Assembly (NCBI GenBank): GCA_965242925.1
Contig: CBDEUM010000037.1
Coordinates: 65,148 to 129,147 of the forward strand
From: Roseibacillus sp.
Lineage (GTDB): Bacteria > Verrucomicrobiota > Verrucomicrobiia > Verrucomicrobiales > Akkermansiaceae
Reading direction: 5' to 3'
Length of the DNA: 64,000 bases
Shown here: positions 57,961-64,000 of the stretch, piece by piece
How positions within the stretch are numbered: the stretch's first letter is position 1
Layout: each line of letters begins with the position of its first letter
Notes under the pieces: model-generated
What the model was told of the DNA's origin: nothing
What the model saw: the letters and a program-made list of their open reading frames with translations, nothing else
Database searches by the model: none
Translations under genes and position numbers: made by a program

Positions 57961-60247
57961 GAAAAGTTTCAATCGTGCGGCCCGTTGGACCGGGCTTGGC
58001 CTCGCCATCGTGGTGACGATCCTGATTGCGGTCGTCACCAACCAGGAGGGCTACAAGAAGCGGGAGTTCCGGGAGGTTCCGGGCTACGCGAAGTGGAGTG
58101 AGGAAGTGGTGGGAATCGCCAAGCGCATCCCGGTGCAGGACGGGGGCCGGGTGAAGCCCCTTGAGACGCGGGCGGGCTTCCTCATGCTGAAGCTGCATGG
58201 GGCGCGAAAAATGAAGATCAAGAGTGGGGAGGAGAAGATCAGCATCGGGCCCACGGAGTGGCTTCTCGATATTCTTTTCCGCCCCGAGCTGGCGATGAAG
58301 ATGCCGACCTTCCGGGTGGATGATTCCGATCTCCTGAAAAACGTTGGGATGGATGTCAAAAGTCGCCGCGACCGCTACAGCTACGTCGATCTCGAACCCT
58401 ACCTCCAGGAAATTGGGAAAAAGGCGGGAGATATCCAGAAGCAGGTCCAGGAAGAGACCCAGAAGAACCCCGACTACAAGTTTCCGAGGAACCAGACCGA
58501 TCCACGGGCTCTTGCGCGGAAGATCATGGAATACCAGGGCATGCTGGCCACTCATGATTTTGCCCGCGACGGACTCACCCTGGACGAGGGTGCCGAGGTC
58601 GCTAACGGGGAAGAGATGAGGAAGGTGAGTTACTGGGTAAAGTTGATGCCCGTCCTCGGGGAAATGCTCCGGCAAGAGGGCCTGGCAGAGGAAGGGCAGA
58701 TACCCCCTCACGTCCAAAAGCTGTTGAACGAGATGAGTTTCCTGCTGGGACGGGGGGAAGGAGGGATCGAGTGGTTGCCTCCCTACGAGGCCGAGGTGGT
58801 CCTCACCCCCGGGGGGCAGGCCAGGATTCATTCCGGCGATACGGTCAAGACCTTCGAGATCGAGTGTGAAGCAGGCGAGGTGGAGGTGCTCGAGGGCAGT
58901 TCGAGCCTGGGACGTCTCAAGGAAGGAGAGGATGCCAGTTACCCGGGCGCTGATCTGATGGTAAGGAACAGCAGCGGGGCCAATGCCACCATCAAGGTGC
59001 AGGGCCGGGAGTGGATGTCGGCAGGAAAGCGCCTGGCGGTGGTTTCCAACGGCCTTGATCTTAAACACTGGGAACTTTTTTCGGAGGACCTTGCGGCCCT
59101 TGAGAATCTCTTTGTGGCGGCGAAGGGAAAGGAGAGTGAGTTTGCGGATCAACTGGATGACTGGCGGGACGAACTGACCGCCCGGGCCACTGCGCTGGGA
59201 GAAAAGGAATCCAAGATTGAATCGGAGGTGACCTACTACAAGAGGAACTATTTTATCCGGGGCCTGGTCTGGTTCATCCTGGCCTTCGTGGTTTCTGCCG
59301 TTAGCTGGCTGGCACCGGCCTCGGGATGGGGGAAGTGGACGTATCGAATCACGTGGGTGCTGGGAGTGCTTGGCGCAGTCTGCCTGGTGGCAGGGATCAT
59401 CCACCGTTGCATCCTGATGGGACGTCCGCCAGTGGGGAACCTGTATGATACCATCCCCTTCATTGCGGGTGGCGGAGTCCTGGTCCTGTTTCTCCTGGAG
59501 GCGGTGACCCGGCGTCGGATCGCCCTCGGGGCGGCCATTACGGTGGGGCTCCTGGGCCTGTTCCTGGCCCGGGCCTTCGAGGGGGTGGATGCCCAGGACC
59601 ACATGGATCCCCTGCGAGCCGTCCTGCGTTCAAATTTCTGGCTTTCCACCCACGTCATCATCATAACGCTGGGCTACGCTGGAGGGCTCATCGCAGCGGC
59701 CATGTCGCACGTCTACCTTTATGCCCGGGCCTTCGGGTTGGACCGGAGCGATCGCTCCCTGCGTCGCTTCCTGACCCGCTCGGTCTATGGACTGGTGTGT
59801 TTCACCCTGTTTTTCTCCCTGGTGGGCACGGTGCTGGGGGGGATCTGGGCCAATGATTCCTGGGGACGTTTCTGGGGATGGGATCCCAAGGAGAACGGGG
59901 CGATGCTGATCGTGCTCTGGTGTCTCATCATCCTGCATGCCCGGATGGGAGGATATCTCAAGGAATGGGGACTGCACATCGCCTCCATCCTTGGTGCCAT
60001 CGTAGTGGCCTTCTCGTGGTGGGGGGTCAACCTGCTCGGGACAGGCTTGCACGCCTATGGATTCACGGACGGAGTTGGGGGTGCGGTAAAGATCTTCTAC
60101 CTCTTCGAGTTCGCGGTAGCGCTTGGGGGGATTGTGCTTGCCGTGCTGGATAAGCGTAATCGCCGTATGAAGTCCCGGGGGGATGAAGGCGATGACCAGG
60201 GAGGTCCCTCCGGCTACCCGTTAAAGCAGGAAGCGCCGGAACAGTAG
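57953..60247 (+). CDS. ccsA: Cytochrome c biogenesis system II heme exporter/synthase CcsA/ResC with large periplasmic domain
   Basis: PVQDGGRVKP, GRPPVGNLYD, VLRSNFWLSTHV, WWD motif GGIWANDSWGRFWGWDPKE, GLHAYG. Confidence 0.92.
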   Translation: MPEKSFNRAARWTGLGLAIVVTILIAVVTNQEGYKKREFREVPGYAKWSEEVVGIAKRIPVQDGGRVKPLETRAGFLMLKLHGARKMKIKSGEEKISIGPTEWLLDILFRPELAMKMPTFRVDDSDLLKNVGMDVKSRRDRYSYVDLEPYLQEIGKKAGDIQKQVQEETQKNPDYKFPRNQTDPRALARKIMEYQGMLATHDFARDGLTLDEGAEVANGEEMRKVSYWVKLMPVLGEMLRQEGLAEEGQIPPHVQKLLNEMSFLLGRGEGGIEWLPPYEAEVVLTPGGQARIHSGDTVKTFEIECEAGEVEVLEGSSSLGRLKEGEDASYPGADLMVRNSSGANATIKVQGREWMSAGKRLAVVSNGLDLKHWELFSEDLAALENLFVAAKGKESEFADQLDDWRDELTARATALGEKESKIESEVTYYKRNYFIRGLVWFILAFVVSAVSWLAPASGWGKWTYRITWVLGVLGAVCLVAGIIHRCILMGRPPVGNLYDTIPFIAGGGVLVLFLLEAVTRRRIALGAAITVGLLGLFLARAFEGVDAQDHMDPLRAVLRSNFWLSTHVIIITLGYAGGLIAAAMSHVYLYARAFGLDRSDRSLRRFLTRSVYGLVCFTLFFSLVGTVLGGIWANDSWGRFWGWDPKENGAMLIVLWCLIILHARMGGYLKEWGLHIASILGAIVVAFSWWGVNLLGTGLHAYGFTDGVGGAVKIFYLFEFAVALGGIVLAVLDKRNRRMKSRGDEGDDQGGPSGYPLKQEAPEQ

Positions 60248-60422
60248 AGTCCATCCGTTTGCAAGCTGGCGATCTGTTTCGACACGCCCGTTGCCACCGG
60301 TTCCGCTTGAAGGTCTATGGCTTGCAGGAGGTAGGGTTGAATTCCCAGGAGTTTTTTCAGACATGTAAACTATCCTGCAAACCGGGATAGTTCTCACAAT
60401 AAAGGGGAATCGGGAACGAACA

Positions 60423-60438
60423 TGGCACGCCAAATGCT
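60423..60438 (+). promoter_or_regulatory. sigma54 (-24/-12) promoter of the urt operon
   Basis: TGGCACGCCAAATGCT with exact GG-N10-GC spacing, about 60 nt upstream of urtA. Confidence 0.75.
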
Positions 60439-60500
60439 CTCCATGTGATTCTTAAGCCCAAATCCGAGTCAAATCTCAAACCTGTAGAATTCCAATTCCC

Positions 60501-61943
60501 ATGATCCAGTTTATGCAAACAATAAAGAAAATCGCCCAGGGTTCGATCCCAGGCAATATACTTCTAGTTGTGGCGACTCTTTGCCTGATGTCGTGCAAGG
60601 AAAAAGCCCCGGATGGAGGTGGTGACGGTAACAATAAAGCCCCGGATGGAGGTGACGCCAGCAGTGAAGCCCCGGCTGGAGGTGACGCCAGCGGCAAAGC
60701 CCCGGCTGGAGGCGACGCCAGCAGCAAAGCCCCGGATGGAGGCGACGCCAGCAAGGCAGCGAGCGGGGATACCGTAAAAGTGGGTGTTCTACACTCACTG
60801 AGCGGCACAATGGCGATCTCCGAGACATCCTTGAGAGATGTTCTTCTCTTTACTTTCGATGAGATCAACGCCGCCGGTGGCGTGCTGGGCCAGCAGATTG
60901 AACCCGTCGTTGCTGATGGTGCCTCTGACTGGCCGAATTTCGCCGAGAAGGCAAAGCAGTTGCTGCTTGAGGACGAGGTCTCCGTGACCTTTGGTTGCTG
61001 GACCTCCGTCAGTCGCAAGTTTGTGCTTCCGGTATTCGAGGAAAACAAGGGTCTGCTCTTCTATCCGGTCCAGTATGAGGGGGAGGAAATGTCGCCGAAC
61101 ATTTTCTATACCGCGGAAGCCGTCAACCAGCAGGCAATTCCTGCTGTTGATTACCTCCTGGAGGCCGGGAAGAAAAAATTCTATCTGGTTGGCACGGATT
61201 ACGTTTACCCGCAAACCACCAACCTTGTCCTCTTTGAATACCTGCTCTCCAAGGGAATCGCGGAAGAGGATATTGGCGGGGGCCTGCGCAAGCAGGGAGG
61301 CAAGACCGTCGGTGCGGGGAAATACACCCCGTTCAGCCATACGGATTACCAGGCCATTGTCGGCGAGATCGAAGATTTCGCGGCCGGCGGTGATGCATGT
61401 GTGATCAACACAATCAATGGTGACAGCAATGTTCCTTTCTTCAAGGAATTCGCGGCTTCCGGGCTGACGGCGGAGGATTGTCCGGTAGTCTCGTTCTCGG
61501 TGTCTGAAGACGAGTTCAGAAGCCTGCCAACAAAGGATCTCGTTGGTCACCTGGGTTGCTGGACATACTTCATGTCGCTTGATACGCCGGCAAATAACAA
61601 GTTCACGAAGGCCTGGGGGGACTGGCTCGCCAAGACGAATGCGACGGGTATTGTCAAGGAGAACCGGGTCACATGCAGTCCCATGGTTCTCTCCTACAAC
61701 GGAGTGTATCTTTGGAAGGCCGCAGTGGAGAAGGCGGGGACGTTTGATCCCACAGCGGTCATGAAGGCTTTGGAGGAAGGCATTTCATTTGATGGCCCGG
61801 CAGGAACAGTCACTTCCCAGAAGAATCATCACCTTACGAAAAATGTCTACATCGGCGAGACTCGCTCAAATGGACAATTCAAAGTGGTCAAATCCTTCGA
61901 GAATGTGGTTGGCGAGCCGTTCCTGAAAGGAACCTTCAAGTAG
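60501..61943 (+). CDS. urtA: Urea ABC transporter substrate-binding protein (lipoprotein-like, repetitive linker)
   Basis: [68 protein letters not shown] lipobox; start may be a later codon. Confidence 0.92.
   Translation: MIQFMQTIKKIAQGSIPGNILLVVATLCLMSCKEKAPDGGGDGNNKAPDGGDASSEAPAGGDASGKAPAGGDASSKAPDGGDASKAASGDTVKVGVLHSLSGTMAISETSLRDVLLFTFDEINAAGGVLGQQIEPVVADGASDWPNFAEKAKQLLLEDEVSVTFGCWTSVSRKFVLPVFEENKGLLFYPVQYEGEEMSPNIFYTAEAVNQQAIPAVDYLLEAGKKKFYLVGTDYVYPQTTNLVLFEYLLSKGIAEEDIGGGLRKQGGKTVGAGKYTPFSHTDYQAIVGEIEDFAAGGDACVINTINGDSNVPFFKEFAASGLTAEDCPVVSFSVSEDEFRSLPTKDLVGHLGCWTYFMSLDTPANNKFTKAWGDWLAKTNATGIVKENRVTCSPMVLSYNGVYLWKAAVEKAGTFDPTAVMKALEEGISFDGPAGTVTSQKNHHLTKNVYIGETRSNGQFKVVKSFENVVGEPFLKGTFK
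60603..60752 (+). repeat. Five tandem ~30-bp coding repeats in the urtA N-terminal linker
   Basis: Unit AAAGCCCCGG(A/C)TGGAGG(T/C)GACGCCAGC... starting at 60603 (33-bp variant), 60636, 60666, 60696, 60726; encodes (K/E)AP(D/A)GGDAS. Confidence 0.93.
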
Positions 61944-62071
61944 CCCTGTCATTGTCCAGGGGGAACCGTTTTCTATAGAGCACTTATAGTTATCAGCCAA
62001 AAAACAAACGGCTTTGTAGTCACCAGACGTTGTGCAGAGGAAGCGAGGCTAAAGGTTAAGTGCTGCCCTTA

Positions 62072-63743
62072 ATGCGAATCCTAGGTCCAATCATAACACT
62101 GCTGCTGGCAATCCCCGGATTGCCAGCAGCAACTTTTTCAGGCTCCGCCGAGGTCAGGGAAAAACTTGCCGAAGCGGTCATTTCTGCGGAAGGAAAACAG
62201 ATTCAGATTCTCGAGGATTTGATCGAGACCGGAGATCCCTTTGTATCAGAGGTGCTGACCTGCATGGCGACGTGGTGAATTGTTCCTCATTGAGCACGAG
62301 GGTTCAACGATTCCGGCTCTTCTGGGGAACGCTGACAGCAAGGAGCCTGTCAAAGTATTTATTCTGGAAAGCGGAGAAGTGCTGAAGGATAAGTCCGGCA
62401 AAGAACTCACAGTCATTCCTTCACAACAAAAGGCCGCAGAAACAACGCGAACCCTGCGCATACAGTTTAAGAGAACCTCTGAATTACTGGGAATTTCAAA
62501 TCCGGATCCGAAACTGCGGGCAAAATCGGCCTTCAAGCTTGGGAGTCAGGCAAAGCCTGAATACTTCGCCGCCTTGAAGAACAGGTTAGTCATCGAGAAA
62601 AACTCCAGGGTAATCAAGAAGTTGAAGGAGGGCATGGCCATCAGTCAGTTGCGGATTGGTGATGAAAAAGAGAAGGCAGAGGCGGCTGCAAAGCTCGGTG
62701 AACTGCGATCCATTGGCGCGCTCGACCGTCTAAAGAAGATTGTCCGCGAGCAGGAAAAACTGGCTGAGGACGAAAAGAATAATGATCTGGTCAGTGAAGC
62801 CACGAGGGCGGTTAAGACAATCGAGGACTACAAGCGCTGGGTGGACCGGGGCGAGACAGCTTTCCGTGGAATTAACTACGGGGCGGTGCTGCTGATCGTG
62901 TCACTCGGACTGGCCATTACCTTCGGGCTCATGGGAGTTATCAACATGGCTCACGGTGAGATGATCGCGATCGGAGGATACTCCGCTTACGTGATGCAGA
63001 AATGGATGACAGGACTCTATGGGGATGAGGCGCTTCAGTGGTATTTCCTCCTTGCCATTCCTTTTGCCTTCCTGACAGCTGCCACGGCCGGGCTCCTCAT
63101 GGAGCGAAGCGTGATTCGTTTCCTTTACCGTCGACCATTGGAATCACTGCTCGCGACGTGGGCGGTCTCCATGATTCTGCAGCAATGTTTCCGCCTTTAT
63201 TTTGGTGCCGCCAATGTGCAGGTCAACTCCCCCGACTGGCTCATAGGTAGTGTGTCCGTGGGGGACATGTCTTTCAATTACAACCGGCTTTTTGTAATCG
63301 TGTTTGCATCCATTATTGTCATGGGAACCTGGTTCCTGATGGCCAAGACCCCACTCGGGTTGAGTATCAGGGCGGTGATGCAAAATCGCGACATGGCGGC
63401 GAGTATAGGCATAAGGGCTTCAAGGGTACGCATGGTCACTTTTGCTTTCGGGTCCGGATTGGCGGGGTTGGCCGGGTGTTTTCTTTCGCAGATCGACAAC
63501 GTGGGACCGGAGGTTGGCTCAAAATATATCATCGATAGCTTCATGGTGGTTGTTTCGGGTGGAGTAGGGAACCTCCTCGGCACAATAACCGCGGCCCTGG
63601 GTATTGGCACTGCCGACAGGATGCTTGAGGCATGGTCTGATAGTCCTGTGGTGGGGAAGGTCATGGTTTTGTCCGCCATCATTGTTTTTCTTCAGGTGCG
63701 TCCCGGGGGCTTGTTTGCAGCAAAGTCACGCAGTCTCGATTAG
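62072..63743 (+). pseudogene. urtB: Urea ABC transporter permease UrtB with a +1 frameshift near 62259-62261
   Basis: LGLAITFGLMGVINMAHGEM, LYRRPLESLLATW, IIDSFMVVV.GGVG in 62280..63743; signal-peptide N-part in 62072..62278; deleting one base gives EVLTAWRRGELFL. Confidence 0.87.
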
Positions 63744-63746
63744 CCC

Positions 63747-64000
63747 ATGCAGATTGTTGAATCACGATTTCCCAGAGCTCACCTGATCACTTTGGCGGTA
63801 TTGGCCTTTGTGACGCTGGTCATTGTACCGCTGGCCTATTCCAACGGGATGATTGCCAATCACGATATCCAGCGCTATGGCAAGTATCTTTGCTGGGCGG
63901 TTCTGGCAACCAGCCTGAATCTGCTGTGGGGATACACGGGGCTGTTGTGCCTTGGGCAGTGCGTCTTTTTCGGACTCGGGGGTTACGCCTTCGGGATGTA
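63747..64000 (+). CDS. urtC: Urea ABC transporter permease UrtC, 3'-truncated by the window edge
   Basis: Not in the ORF track; translates MQIVES...YGKYLCWAVLATSLNLLWGYTGLLCLGQCVFFGLGGYAFGM. Confidence 0.9.
   Translation, partial: MQIVESRFPRAHLITLAVLAFVTLVIVPLAYSNGMIANHDIQRYGKYLCWAVLATSLNLLWGYTGLLCLGQCVFFGLGGYAFGM

Noticed and set aside
60603..60752. CRISPR array
   Set aside because: Repeats are head-to-tail with no unique spacers, stay in frame inside urtA, and no cas genes are present

Overview
GC-rich bacterial chromosomal segment; gene content and protein style suggest Verrucomicrobiota (inference, not proven). About 55 genes; no rRNA, tRNA, CRISPR array or transposase seen. The main block (1.0-18.9 kb) is an 18-kb respiratory cluster: alternative complex III (actABCDEF), a module of cytochrome c / CcoN-like / CcoO-like / cytochrome c, and an A1-type heme-copper oxidase in the order I-III-IV-orf-orf-II. 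It sits behind two identical perfect TTGTGAA-N4-TTCACAA (Rex-type) boxes, one overlapping a predicted promoter. Several parts are non-canonical: the CcoN-like protein has lost five of six metal-ligand histidines, the CcoO-like protein has Cys in place of the axial Met, oxidase subunit I has Leu at the K-channel Lys, and subunit III has a ~460-aa insertion. The rest holds radC, lpxA, two divergent peptide ABC operons (one permease carries a lysine-less lipoyl-like domain), purD-purE-pyrR-pyrB-pyrC, trpF/metal ABC/crcB, uvrA, an ECF sigma/anti-sigma/PDZ trio, PGM/PMM, an M15 peptidase, lnt, argA, yqgE, obgE, psd, system II cytochrome c biogenesis genes, and the start of a urea ABC operon (urtABC) with a sigma54 promoter. 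Three genes have single-base frameshifts that may be sequencing errors. All homology calls come from motif recognition by eye; no searches were run.
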